The notes: generated by a model from the sequence alone, not told the origin. A stretch of DNA of 64,000 nt from an uncultured Acidobacteriota bacterium (GCA_963827655.1 CAWHCF010000020.1:64001-128000), one strand, 5' to 3'; shown: positions 43,706 through 55,610, counted from the stretch's first letter. Program-made: numbers and translations.

Positions 43706-44839
43706 TGTGGTGAACAGAAGCGCGGCGAACTCGGCGAGGTTCCGGCGCCAGACCATCCAGGTGTGCGCGCCCGGGGTCTCGATCCCGTTATGCCGGATCT
43801 CTTTCGACTTGAGCCAGTCACGGAACTTCCGGCTTCCTTCGATGAGGCGATCCTCCGTGCCGCACGAAATCCAGAGGAGGCGCAGCTGCGGATTGGCTTT
43901 CGAATCGAGCGCCGGGAAGACCGCGTTGAAGTCCTCACCTATCCCGCCGGAGCTGAAAGCGCCGATCCAGGCGAAGCGCGGGAGCGCGTTCAGGCCGACA
44001 TAAAGAGATTCGGCGCCGCCCATGGACAGCCCGGCGATGGCGCGCGATTCACGGTCCTGCGAGACGCGATAAGCCTTCTCGACTTCCGGCATGACTTCGG
44101 TGAGCAGCGCGTCACGGAATTTTTCGAAACTCCGCTGGCGGAGCTTCGGGTCGCGCGTGGAGGGGCCACCGCGTGAGACATACTCCGGCACGCCATACCC
44201 CAGCGGCATCACGATGAGCATGGGCTTTGCCTTCCCGCGCGCGATGAGATTGTCCAGAATGACGTGAGCGCGCCCCACTGCGGTCCATCCGCTCGCGTCA
44301 TCGCTGAAGCCGTGCAGGAGGTAAAGGACAGGGTAAGGCTGGCCGGCTTTGGGATCGTACTTTGGAGGGGTGTAAACGTAATAGTCCCGTTCATCGCCCA
44401 CCACCCCCGATTTGTAGAAGTGCCGGTGGATCGTGCCGCGGGGAACGTCGTTGACCTCCCAGGGCAGGGACGGCGGGCCGGGCACATGGACGACGCTCTG
44501 GGTGTTGAGCAGGTTGGGCTTCATCATCCAATTGGAGGGATCGATCAGGTTAACGCCGTCGGCTACGAACGCGTACCCGTAAAAATCGGGCTCCAGCCTG
44601 TCGGTTGTGACACTCCAGACCCCCTGTTCGTCTTTCTGCATGGGCACGCGCTGAGCGCCCTCTCGGGCTAAAAGTACCTCCTTGGCCTGCGGAGCGCGGA
44701 AGCGGAACGTGACGCGTTGGTCCGAGTGCACCTCGGGAGACAGAAGCGCCGGAGGCTGCTGAGCCAGACCGGGAACGATTGCGGCCGCAAGACAGAGCAT
44801 ATTGAAAACTGTGGTGCCTCTTCGGAGATTTGGATTCAT
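43685..44839 (-). CDS. Esterase (CE1/enterochelin esterase-like) with N-terminal E-set/CBM48-like domain
   Basis: SPEVHSDQRVTFRFRAP, YPVLYLLHG, AIAGLSMGG, CGTED, GAHTWMVWR. Start at MNPNL or the later MLCLAAA. Confidence 0.9.
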   Translation of the reverse strand: MNPNLRRGTTVFNMLCLAAAIVPGLAQQPPALLSPEVHSDQRVTFRFRAPQAKEVLLAREGAQRVPMQKDEQGVWSVTTDRLEPDFYGYAFVADGVNLIDPSNWMMKPNLLNTQSVVHVPGPPSLPWEVNDVPRGTIHRHFYKSGVVGDERDYYVYTPPKYDPKAGQPYPVLYLLHGFSDDASGWTAVGRAHVILDNLIARGKAKPMLIVMPLGYGVPEYVSRGGPSTRDPKLRQRSFEKFRDALLTEVMPEVEKAYRVSQDRESRAIAGLSMGGAESLYVGLNALPRFAWIGAFSSGGIGEDFNAVFPALDSKANPQLRLLWISCGTEDRLIEGSRKFRDWLKSKEIRHNGIETPGAHTWMVWRRNLAEFAALLFTTTVSSKQ

Positions 44840-44860
44840 AAGAGAGGAAATTCCATTCTT

Positions 44861-45221
44861 GAAGTTTCCGGAAGTTCGTGGCCATCGCTCGACCTTGCTC
44901 GTTCGATCGATTCGAGGAATTCGCGCATACGTTCCAGTCGCTCGGTCGGGCTCAAACGGAGGCATTCGTCGATCTGGGCCACGTCGACGCCGCGATGGCA
45001 GCTTTTCGATTATGTCATCCTGCCAGCCGCTCGACATGGGCCAAGGAATCAAGAAGTTTCCGGAAGTTCGTGGCCATCGCTCGACCTTGCTCGTTCGATC
45101 GATTCGAGGAATTCGCTCATACGTTCCAGTCGCTCGGTCGGGCTCAAACGGAGGCATTCATCGATCTGGGCCAGGTCGACACCTGATGGCAATTTTTCGA
45201 TTATGTCATCCTGCCAGCCGC
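44861..45221 (-). repeat. Tandem duplication (2 x ~170 bp, 192-bp period) of a small antitoxin-like gene
   Basis: Copies 44861-45030 and 45053-45221 differ by several substitutions and one indel; each encodes GWQDDIIEKLPSGVD(L/V)AQIDECLRLSPTERLERM. Confidence 0.85.
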
Positions 45222-45231
45222 GTCGCACCAT
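45049..45231 (-). CDS. Small hypothetical protein (IDECLRLSPTERL motif; nucleotidyltransferase-partner-like, inferred)
   Basis: MVRRGWQDD...ELPETS*; overlapped by an ATG reading MATNFRKLLDSL that is cut off almost immediately. Confidence 0.5.
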   Translation of the reverse strand: MVRRGWQDDIIEKLPSGVDLAQIDECLRLSPTERLERMSEFLESIERARSSDGHELPETS

Positions 45232-45261
45232 GAACACAAGGATATCACAGGAGGTTTGTTT

Positions 45262-45298
45262 CGCACCGCCAACCACAAAGACACGAAGAACGACACCA
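45262..45298 (+). repeat. 9-bp-period motif copy
   Basis: caccgccaaccacaaagacacgaagaacgacacc. Confidence 0.7.
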
Positions 45299-45300
45299 GG

Positions 45301-48300
45301 TCACGGAACCTGCGGAGCCTTGGAGGGAATCACCGGGATTACGGTGATCAACCCCTGAACCTGCACCAGTGCCACGACCGCGAAAGTCTTCCCGCCCTGT
45401 CCGACCAGAACCATCGAACCTTTGAATCTCAGCTTGGTCGGGACATACTCGTGCAGGAACTTGGCCGTCTGCTTCAGGGGCCCGAGCGGATTGAGTTCCG
45501 GCGGGCTGAGCAGATCGGTGATCCCTCCGTTCTCGTCGAGCACGTAAAGTGTGACGTTGATGTTTTCGTTCGAAGGATTCGCGACCGCGAAGCCGGTGAA
45601 GCGGTTCTCCCGGTCGTCATTGTCGACCGGCATCGTGGCTATATTGATGGGATAGCCGCCGAATACTCCCGCCGTGCTCTGCAGGATCGACTGCTGGAGG
45701 TAATCGAACGAGGCGACTCCGCCCACGTGAGCAATCGACGGTACCAGACGACCCCAGCCGATCTTGACCGGATCCGAAGGATTGACCGGGGCGGCCCGGA
45801 AAATACTGGTTCCGGCGGAAGCAATGGACAACCGGAAAGGACGAACCCATCGCCAGGGTTGCGCCGGTGGAAGGATCTATCAGAAGAACCGGAAAGGGAT
45901 TGCCTGCCTGGTCGGTAAGGATGAGCTCGGTTGTGGCGCCGGACGGTCCGGTGTTTGAGATGAGAAAATCGGTCGTATAGCCTCCTCCCACCGGCACGTG
46001 GGCAAAGGTGTACGGGCCCCCGGACTCGATCGTCGTGACGTCACTGGTCGTGTCGCTGCTGTCGTCCCCGCCGCCCGAGACCGTTGCCGTATTGGTGACC
46101 GACGGCGTGCGGCATCCGGCGCAACCGTCACCGCCAGTGTGATCGGCGGATAGCTGCCGCCCGGCGCCAGAGCGTCGCTCCGGGTGCAGATGACCGTCTG
46201 CCGCTGAGATCGTGCAGGTCCAGCCGGAGCCGGATGCAGAGGTTGGTGACAGGCCCGTCGGGAGACGGTCCTGGACCCTGACCTCGCCGCTGGTCGGATA
46301 CTGTCCGGCATTGGAGACCGTGATGGTGTAGGTCGCGCCGGTTTGTCCCTGGGTGAAGTTGCCCGGGTGCGTCTTGCTGATACTGAAGGTCCGGACGCAG
46401 TCCAAGAACTTCAGAGTCTTCGGCCGTGTTGTTGCCCGGGTTGACGTCTCCGCCGCGCGAAACCGTCGCCCTGTTGGTTAACACGTGACCCGATGGCCTG
46501 AGGATGGCGGCGACGTCCGCGGTGAGCGTGATCGCGGGATAGCTCGCTCCCGGCGCCAGAGCGTCGGTCCGCGTGCATGCCACCGTGTCGACCGTGACTT
46601 CGCAGGTCCAGCCGCCTCCGCTCGCCGCTTTCGCGGTCAGCCCGACGGGCAGGTCGTCGACCACATCGACCCGGCCTTGCGTCGGCGCGCCGCCCCGGTT
46701 CGTCACCGTGAGGATAAAAATTACCCCGGTCTGACCCGGCCCGAAGCTATTGGGGTGGGTCTTCGTGATCGTCAGATCCGGGCCCCGCGTGACAGCCGTG
46801 ACGTCGTCCGCCACATTGTTGATTGCAAGGACATCGCCGCCGCCGGCAACGATCGCCCTGTTGGTTACCGATGCCGGGGCGTCATCGGCCACATCCACCG
46901 TGACGGTCACAGGCGGGTAGCTCGCTCCCCCGGCCAGCGGATCTCCTCGGGTGCAATTGACCGTCTGGCCGGAGACCGTGCAGGTCCAGCCCGTACCGCT
47001 GGCGGCAGTGGGAAAAAGTCCGGTCGGGACCGTGTCGATCAGGGTTACGGTGCCGAGCGTCGGCACGGCGCCGATGTTGGACACGGTTATGGTGTAGGTG
47101 GCCCCGCTCTGCCCTTGTGTGAAATTACCTGTGTGGCTCTTTGAGATCGTCAGGTTCTGGCCGCGGTTGATCTGGGTCAAATCAGTTGCCGTGTTATTCG
47201 ACGTATTGACGTCTCCCCCCCCGGAAATCGTCGCGGTGTTGGTTACCGATTCGGGAGCGTCGGACTCAACGTCTACCGTGAGTGTCACCGGCGGATAACT
47301 GGCTGCCGCGGCCAGTGCGTCAGCCTCGAGTGCAGGTAACGGACTGTACCGCGATGCTGCACGTCCAGCCCGTGCCGGTGGCCGTCACTGGTATGAGTCC
47401 CGGCGGGACACTGTCGATCAGGGTAACGGTGCCCGTGGTCGGGGACGCCCCGATATTGCGTACGGTCAGGGTGTAATCCAGGGCGGGGGTGGCTCCTCTC
47501 TGTCCCTGGGTGACGACTGGCGGTATGGGTCTTTGTGACCGTCAAGTCCGGTCCCGGCGCTATGGTGGTCGGTCGCTGGCCGTGTTGTTGCCGGTGTTGA
47601 CGTCGCCGCCGCCGAGGACTGAGGCAGTATTGGTCGCCGAGGCCGGGGCCGTAGCTGCAATGTTTACCGTGATCGTAATGGGCGGGTAACTCGCTCCCGC
47701 CGCCAGGGCATCACTCCTCTGGCATTGGACCGAGTCAGCCAGAACCTGGCATGTCCAGCCGGTCCCGCTGGCTGCTGTCGGCAGGAATGGCAGCGTCATG
47801 GCGTCAGTTACAGTGACGGGCCGCTGGTCGGGGCCGCCCCCTGGTTACTCACCGTGAGGGTGTAAGTCGCGCCTGTCTGCCCCTGGGTGAAATTGCCCGT
47901 GTGGGTCTTGGTGATGGTCAGGTCGGGACCAGGGGTGATCGTAGTGATATCGTTTACTTCGTTGTTGCCCGGATTGGTATCGCCGCCGCCAGTAGCCCTG
48001 ACCGAGTTGGTGAGCGATGCCGGGGCATTGGGGGCCACATCCACCGTCACAGTGATCGGCGGGTAGCTGCCTCCAGGGCTCAGAGGGTCGCTCCTCACAC
48101 AGGTGACCGCCTGCCCGATGATATCGCACGTCCAGCCCGTGCCGCTCGCGGCAGACGGAACCAGGCCTGTGGGAACGATATCGATCGCGGTGACCGTACC
48201 GCTGGTCGGGACGCCGCCGCTGTTCCCCACCGTGATGGTGTAGGCGGCTCCCTTTTGACCCTGGGTGAAGTTGCCGGTGTGGGTCTTGGTCACCGTCAAG

Positions 48301-51300
48301 TCCGCGCCGGCCATGATCGTCGTCGCGTCACTTGCGGTATTGTTGGCTGAATTGTTGTCGCCTCCTCCGGAGACCCCGGCAACATTGGTGACCGTCGCCG
48401 CAGCGTTGGATGCAACGGTCAACGTGATCGTAATCGGCGGATAACTCGCTCCTGCCGCCAGAACATCGCTTCTGCTACATCCGACTGCCAGGGCGCCGGC
48501 TGTGCAACTCCAGCCGTCGCCCACGGCGGACGTAGGGGTAAGTCCCAGGGGAAAAGTATCCGTCACCGTAACCGGGGCCGTCGTCGGCCCGACACCGGAG
48601 TTCCTTACCGTCACGGTGTAGGTCGCCCCCGTCTGTCCCTGGGTGAAGTTTCCGGTATGGCTCTTGGTGATGGTCAGGTCGGCCCCCGGGACAATGGCCG
48701 TGACATCGGTATCCGAATTGTTCGTCGGATTGACGTCTTCGCCGCCCGAAACCGATACTGCGTTGGTCACGGACCCGGGAGCACCGGGCTGAACGCTGAC
48801 CGTCAGGGTGATCGGGTAACTCTGTCCCGCCGCCAGAGGATCGCTCCGGGTGCAGGTCACAATCTGCCCCGAAATAGTACAAGGCAGCCAGCCGGCACCC
48901 GACGCGGATGTCGGCGTCAGTCCGGCCGGAACATTGTCGGTGACCGTCACGACCCCGGTGGTCGGCCCAGAGCCGGAGTTGGTTACCGTGATGGTGTAGA
49001 TTGCCCCGGTCTGTCCCTGGAGGAAGTTGCCCGTAGTGGCTCTTGCTGATGGTCAGGTCGGGGCCGGGCCCGATCGTGGTGATATCGCTGGCCGTGTTGT
49101 TGGCCGTATTGATCTCGCCCCCACTCCGGGGATCGTAGCCGTGTTCGTCACCGATGGCGGGGCTGCCGGCGCCACGTTCACCGTGAGGGTAATGGGCGGA
49201 TAACTGGCTCCCAGGATTGAGAGCGTCGCTGCGCGAGCAACTCATAGCCGGGGCCGTGATGTTGACATACCCAACCGGCGCCGGCTGCTGCCGTCGGCGT
49301 CAGGCCCGCCGGAAGGGGGTCATGGACCGTCCACAAAGCCGGTGGTCGGCCCGCCGCCTATGTTCGTCACGGTCAGGGTGTAGGTCGCTCCAACCTGCCC
49401 CTGCAGGAAGCTCCCCGTGTGCGTCTTGGTAAGGGTCAGGTCCGGCACCGCGATGATCGTGGTTGGATCGCTGGCCGAGTTATTGCTCGAATCCACATCG
49501 CCGCCTCCACCAACCGTCGCCGTGTTGGTCACCGATGCAGGGGCATTGACCGCGACCTGCACCGTGAGGGTAATCGTTGAGCTGGCCCCCGCAGCCAGCG
49601 GCGTCGCTGCGCGTACAAGTGACACTCTGGCCGCCCGCCGTGCACGTCCAGCCCGTGCCGGTGGCCGCAGTCGATGTCAGTCCGGCAGGAAGGCTGTCGG
49701 TCACAACGATCGGGCCACTGGTCGGGGCGCCCCCGGTGTTGCTCACGGTCAAGGTGTAGGTGCCGGTTTGACCTTGCGTGAAGTTACCCGTGTGACTCTT
49801 GGTGATGCTCAGGTTGGGGCCGGCAGTAATGGTGGTTGGATCTTGTGCCTGGTTGTTCGTTTGATTAACGTCCCCGCCACCGAAAACGCTGTGCCGTATT
49901 CGTCACCGACGCAGGAGCGTTGGGCTGAACGTTCACCGTAATGGTGATCACCGGGTAGCTCTGCCCGGTCAGCAGAGGGTCGCTGCGGGTGCAGCTCACG
50001 CCCTGGCCGGAGAGGAGGGCAGGTCCATCCTGTGCCGCTCACCGCCGTGGGAACCAGCCCGCAGGCAATGTGTCAATGACCGTAACCAAGCCGCTGGTCT
50101 CCGAGCCACCCCCGTTGCTCACCGTAATGGTATAGGTTCCCGGCTGTCCCTGGGTAAAGTTGCCCGTATGGCTTTTGGTGATCCTAAGGTCCGCGGCCGG
50201 CATAACCGTCGCCGTGTCGCTGGCGCTATTGTTGGCGGCATTGCCGTCCCCGCCGCCACTCACCGTCGCCATGTTCGTCACCGAGGCGGCGCATTGCCCG
50301 CGACGTTGCCGTCAACGTGATCGGCGGATAGCTCGCTCCCGGCAGCCAGAGGGTGCTCGTCTAGTACACGTGACCGTGTTCCCGAAATGCCGCAGCTCCA
50401 GCCTGGACCGCCGATGCCGGCATCACGGGTGACAGCCCGGTGGGCAAGTTGTCAATGACGTAACCGTGCCGCTGGTCGGGACCGCGCCGTTGTTCGTGAC
50501 CGTGATGGTGTACGTAGCGGTCTGGCCCTGCATGAAGTTGCCCGTATGGGTCTTCGTGATGGTCAAGTCAGGAGCGAGGGCAATGGGCGTCATCACCGTT
50601 GCGGTGTTATTGGCGGCGTTGAGGTCCCCGCCGCCTCCGACTGTGGCCACGTTCGTCACCGACGGCGGCGCATTGCTCGCCACGTTGACCGTCAACGTGA
50701 TCGGCGGATAACTCGCTCCCGGAGCCAGAGGGTCGCTGCGCGTACAGGTGACGGTGTTGCCCGAAATGCCGCAGCTCCAACCTGGACCGCTGACGGCCGC
50801 TGGGTGACAGCCCGGTGGGCAAGTTATCAGTGACCGTAACGGTGCCGCTGGTCGCGACTCCACCGGCGTTGGTCACGGTCAGCGTGTAGCCGGCGCCGCT
50901 CTGTCCCTGGGTGAAAGTGCCGTTGGCCGTCTTGGTGATGGCAGGGTCCGGGCCGCCAGATAATGGTCGTGGGATCGAGCGACTGTATTGTTGGCCGAAT
51001 TGCCGTCATTGCCGCCGGTAACGATACGCTGAATTGATTTCCAGCGGCAGAAGCGCTGGAGGCCACATTGACCGTGAGGGTGATCGGCGGGTAGCTGGCT
51101 GCTGGAGCCAGGGCGTCGCTGCGCGTGCAGGTAACCGAGTTGGTGGAGATGGTACACATCCAGCCTGTACCGGCGGCCGCCGTCGGGATCAGGTCGGGAG
51201 GAAAATTGTCCACGACCGTGACCGTGCCGGTCGTCGGCGCGGCACCGATATTGCGCGCGGTGATGGTGTAAGTCGCCCCGACCTGGCCCTGGGTAAAATT

Positions 51301-51996
51301 GCCCGAGTGAGTCTTCGTCAAGGTCAGGTCAGAGAATGGCTGAGTGCGATCGAAAAGAGGAACGAAGTTTACGACCGGATTCTCATCAGAGCCCCCCAAT
51401 TGGGCGTCGACAACAAGGTTGCCGGTAAGGGTGAATCCCGAAGCATAAGCATTTGGAATATTGCTGATCAGCGCCCAAAGCGTTCCCGCCTGCGGGGGCA
51501 CGACGTTCCCCAGGGTGTTGTGGGGGTCCGCCGGTAATCGTCAGAACCAGATCTGTAATTACGATTTGAGGATTGCCTGCCGGTGATTTTAGCTCAATTA
51601 ATAAATCGCTGAAGGATTGGTTGGCCTGAGTTTGAAGGTCATAGAACTGGTCCCGCGCTCGTCGATCCTGACGCGATCATCGTGATACGCGCCAGCGCAG
51701 GGGGGAGCGCAGGGGTGTAGGTCAGAGTGAAGTTGTTCAGGGCCGGAGGGGTGTTCCAGACCAGGTCGGCTACCTTCCGGTTGCCGGCAAAACTCAGGTT
51801 GCCCGAGCCGACGTAGATTTCGCTGCCCGATTCGGGAGACTCTGAAATTACGCAGCCGCGCTCCCCACTCTCGTTCGGTGATATCCGGGTCTTGCCGCGG
51901 ATCATGAGTGGTGAACGTGATGGTGGCGGTCTGAGCGAATAGATGGGTTTCGGTCCACAGACCTGCGACGGCGAGGAAAAGCAAAGCACGTTTCAT
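45301..51996 (-). CDS. Large surface protein with 14 DUF11 (OmcB-like Ig) repeats and a distinct C-terminal domain, heavily frameshifted
   Basis: Signal MKRALLFLAVAGLW at 51996; 14 copies of (D/N)LT(I/V/L)(T/S)K(T/S)H.G.F.QGQ...GW.C...V.C.R at ~380-bp period between 51330 and 46040; C-terminal YTFAHVPVGGGYTTDF...GFAVANP...VIPVIP. Confidence 0.85.
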
Positions 51997-52140
51997 AGCA
52001 ACGTCCCTCAGGGAAACGATCGCGCTTCTAACTAACTTACTGGTTCGGAGTGCAAAGGCGAGCTCGGGGGGAGCAAGTCGATCGGCAGTTCTATCGCGAG
52101 TCACCCGCCGAAAGCAAGCGAATTTCTTGATACCAAGGGC

Positions 52141-52219
52141 TTGGTGTTTCTTCGTGTCTTCGTGGTTAGTGGTCTGCGAAACAAATACCACCAAGACACG
52201 AAGACACGAAGAAACACCA
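52141..52219. repeat. Best-preserved inverted pair of the 9-bp-period motif
   Basis: ggtgtttcttcgtgtcttcgtggtt ... aaacaaataccaccaagacacgaagacacgaagaaacacc. Confidence 0.8.
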
Positions 52220-52301
52220 GGAACCCGAGGTATAATCCCGCGCATCGGAGCCACAGTCTGAAAACCGCGAGTCGGTTTGCATCCATGGAAAGAGGGGAAC
52301 C

Positions 52302-55300
52302 ATGAGAATTTTTTCTGGCGTATCCATACTGCTTCCGGCGCTCGCTGGAACGCTGGTACTTGCCGTTGACGTCAGCGATACCAGGTTGCTGAGCCAGCCC
52401 GCACTCAGTAAATCTCATATCGCTTTCATCTATGCGGGCGACCTCTGGGTCGCCGACAGCGAGGGCAAGGGGGTGCGCCGCCTCACCACGGACGACGGCG
52501 TGGAATCGAATCCGGCATTTTCTCCGGACGGAAGCTTGATAGCGTTCAGCGCTCAGTACGAAGGCAACACGGACGTTTATGTCGTTCCGGTTGCCGGGGG
52601 CGTCCCCACGCGGCTGACGTGGCACCCGGGGCCGGACGTGGTCCAGGATTTCACGCCCGATGGTTCGGCTGTTCTGTTCACGTCGCCTCGCGCGGTCCAT
52701 ACCGGCCGCTATACCCAGCTCTTCACGGTATCGGCCAAAGGGGGCGCGCCGGAGGAGCAGCTGAAGATCCCGCATGCCTCCAAAGCTACCTACTCTCCCG
52801 ACGGCGGCAGGATCGCTTACAACCCGCTGTACGAAGCCTTCACCCAGTGGAAGAACTATCGCGGCGGAACCGTTTCCACCATCTCGCTCTTCCGCCTGAG
52901 CGACAACTCGGTCGAGAAAATACCGCAACCCGAAGGGCGCGCGAACGACGCCGATCCGATGTGGATAGGGGATATGGTTTATTTCCGGTCGGATCGCAAC
53001 GGCGAGTTCAACCTGTTTTCGTACGATCCGAAATCGAAAGCTGTCCGCTCGCTCACCTCGCTCACCGATTTTCCGATCGTGAGCGCTTCGGCGGGGGGCG
53101 GGCGCATCATCTACGAGCAAGCAGGCTATCTGCACATCTTCGATCCGGCACGCGGACGAAGCCAGCGACTCGTAATTGGAGTAGCCGCGGATCTCGTCGA
53201 GACGCGGCCGCGCTACGCGAAGGGAGCGCGTTACATCCGCAGCGCCTCGATCTCGCCCTCGGGCGCGCGCGCGGCGTTCGATTTTCGCGGCGAAATCGTG
53301 ACGGTCCCGGCCGAGAAAGGCGACCCGCGCAACCTGACCAACACCGTCGGAGTCCACGAGCGCTCTCCAGTCTGGTCGCCCGACGGCAAGCACATAGCCT
53401 ACTTCTCGGACGAATCAGGAGAGTACGGGCTCCACATTCAAAGCCAGGACGGCAAGGGAGACGTCCGCAAGTTCAAGCTATCCGGGGCCGGCTTCTACGA
53501 CACTCTGGTGTGGTCTCCCGACAGCCAGAAGATCTCCTATGCGGACAACTCCTGGAGTCTTTACTGGCTCGACACGAGCACGGGCATTTCAAAGAAAATC
53601 GGCTCCGAATACCTATATGGACCGGGCCGCTCGCGCACGATACCTCACGTCTGGTCCCCCGACTCGAAGTGGATCGCCTACACCTTGAATACCAAGACCT
53701 ACATCCAGACCGTCTACGCCTACTCGATCGAGACAGACAAGTCCTTCCCGATTACCGACGGTCTGAGCGAGGTGAGCGAGCCGGTCTTCGATCCCAGCGG
53801 AAAGTATCTCTACTTCTTCGGGTCGACCGATGCCGGGCCGGTGAAACAGTGGTTCGACATGTCGAATGCGGACATGCGGCTCACCCGCTCGCTCTACCTG
53901 GCGGTGCTGCGAAAAGAGCTCCCCAACCCGCTGGCCAGGGAAAGCGACGAGGAGAAAGGGGTCACTAAAGAGGAGAAGCCCAAGGAACCGGCCCCGGCGC
54001 AAAAGGAGCCTTTCTCGATCGATTTCGACGGGTTCAACAACAGAATCGTTGCCTTCCCTCTGCCCACCGGGGAGTATTCCAACCTTCAGGTGGGAACGAC
54101 TGGTCAAATCTACTATCTTCAGCTCCTCCCGGCGGTCGACGATCCTTCAACGCCCGGTCCGGGCTTCGGCGGCCAGCGATACAATCTGCACCGGTACGAT
54201 CTCGCGAAGCGCAAGGATGAAGTTCTGATCCCGGAACTGGGCAACTACCTGCTTTCCGCTGACGGAAAGAAAGTGCTCTACTCGCTCCGCGACACCTCGG
54301 CTATCGTGCCGGCAACCGAGAAAGCTCTACCCGGCCATCCCAAGCTGAACCTCGAGAGCATCGAGGTTCGCATCGATCCCCGCGCAGAGTGGAACCAGAT
54401 ATTCCATGAGGCCTGGCGCATCAACCGCGACTACTTCTACGCTCCGAACATGCACGGGGCCGACTGGAACGCGATGCGCCGGAAATACGAAGGCTTCCTG
54501 CCCCATGTCGCGGGACGCAGCGATCTGAACCGGATCATTCAATGGATGTGCAGCGAACTCGCGGTGGGCCACCATCGCGTCGGAGGGGGAGACTTCCTCA
54601 ATCAGCCCAAGAACGTTCCCGGAGGCCTGCTCGGCGCAGACTACGTCATCGAGAACGGTCGATACCGCTTCAAGAAGGTTTATGGGGGGCTGAACTGGAC
54701 GCCGGACCTGCGCGCCCCGCTCGCGGCACCCGGCGTCGATGTGAAGGCGGGGGAGTATCTCCTTGCGGTTCGCGGCCAGGAATTGCGACCGCCTGCGAAT
54801 CTCTACAGCCTGTTCGAGAATACGGCAGGCAAGCTCATCGAGATCACGGTGGGGCCGAATCCCGACGGCTCCGCAGCCCGCACGCTTTCGGTGGTTCCAA
54901 TCCCCAACGAGGGAGCGCTGCGCAACCGCGACTGGGTGGAGGGCAATCTGAAGAAAGTAGACGAGGCCACGGGTGGAAGGGTCGCGTACGTCTATGTCCC
55001 GAACACGACCCGTCAGGGGCACACCTATTTCAAGCGTTACTTTTTCCCGCAGGCGCACAAGGAGGCGATCATCATCGACGAACGCTTCAATGGCGGCGGC
55101 CAGGTGGCCGACTACTACATCGACCAGCTGCGGAAACCGTTCACCAGCTACTGGGCCATGCGGTACGGGGCCGACCTGAAGACCCCCGGAGCTTCAATCC
55201 AGGGTCCGAAAGTAATGCTTATCGACGAGACCGCAGGTTCCGGCGGCGATCTGCTCCCCTGGATGTTCCGCAAGTTCAAGCTCGGAAAGCTGGTGGGCAA

Positions 55301-55610
55301 GCGGACGTGGGGCGGACTGGTAGGGACCCTGGGATTCCCCGTCCTGATGGATGGAGCCGTCGTGACCGCGCCGAACCTTGCAATCTGGACCGAGGACGGC
55401 TGGATCGTGGAAAACGTCGGGGTTCCACCCGACATCGAAATCGAACAGACTCCGGCTGAAGTGATCGCCGGGCGCGATCCTCAGCTCGAAAAAGCTATCC
55501 AGGTCGTAATGGAGGAGTTGAAAAAGAATCCACCGCCGCAGCACAAGCGGCCCCCATATCCGGTCAGGGTCACGCCTGCCAAACCGGTGCCGACCGCAGG
55601 CCGCGACTGA
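52302..55610 (+). CDS. Tricorn protease homolog (S41 peptidase, PD40 propellers, PDZ)
   Basis: PALSKSHIAF, WKNYRGG, EAWRINRDYFY, GLLGAD, IIDERFNGGG, AGSGGD, GKRTWGG, ENVGVPPD. Confidence 0.95.
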   Translation: MRIFSGVSILLPALAGTLVLAVDVSDTRLLSQPALSKSHIAFIYAGDLWVADSEGKGVRRLTTDDGVESNPAFSPDGSLIAFSAQYEGNTDVYVVPVAGGVPTRLTWHPGPDVVQDFTPDGSAVLFTSPRAVHTGRYTQLFTVSAKGGAPEEQLKIPHASKATYSPDGGRIAYNPLYEAFTQWKNYRGGTVSTISLFRLSDNSVEKIPQPEGRANDADPMWIGDMVYFRSDRNGEFNLFSYDPKSKAVRSLTSLTDFPIVSASAGGGRIIYEQAGYLHIFDPARGRSQRLVIGVAADLVETRPRYAKGARYIRSASISPSGARAAFDFRGEIVTVPAEKGDPRNLTNTVGVHERSPVWSPDGKHIAYFSDESGEYGLHIQSQDGKGDVRKFKLSGAGFYDTLVWSPDSQKISYADNSWSLYWLDTSTGISKKIGSEYLYGPGRSRTIPHVWSPDSKWIAYTLNTKTYIQTVYAYSIETDKSFPITDGLSEVSEPVFDPSGKYLYFFGSTDAGPVKQWFDMSNADMRLTRSLYLAVLRKELPNPLARESDEEKGVTKEEKPKEPAPAQKEPFSIDFDGFNNRIVAFPLPTGEYSNLQVGTTGQIYYLQLLPAVDDPSTPGPGFGGQRYNLHRYDLAKRKDEVLIPELGNYLLSADGKKVLYSLRDTSAIVPATEKALPGHPKLNLESIEVRIDPRAEWNQIFHEAWRINRDYFYAPNMHGADWNAMRRKYEGFLPHVAGRSDLNRIIQWMCSELAVGHHRVGGGDFLNQPKNVPGGLLGADYVIENGRYRFKKVYGGLNWTPDLRAPLAAPGVDVKAGEYLLAVRGQELRPPANLYSLFENTAGKLIEITVGPNPDGSAARTLSVVPIPNEGALRNRDWVEGNLKKVDEATGGRVAYVYVPNTTRQGHTYFKRYFFPQAHKEAIIIDERFNGGGQVADYYIDQLRKPFTSYWAMRYGADLKTPGASIQGPKVMLIDETAGSGGDLLPWMFRKFKLGKLVGKRTWGGLVGTLGFPVLMDGAVVTAPNLAIWTEDGWIVENVGVPPDIEIEQTPAEVIAGRDPQLEKAIQVVMEELKKNPPPQHKRPPYPVRVTPAKPVPTAGRD

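Noticed and set aside
44840-45157. N-terminal repeat extension of the esterase in ORF 43685-45157
   Set aside because: It is an alternative frame of the duplicated small gene; the signal-like sequence begins at or after 44839.
44861-45221. Direct repeats as a CRISPR array
   Set aside because: Only two ~170-bp coding-like units, no repeat-spacer pattern and no cas genes.
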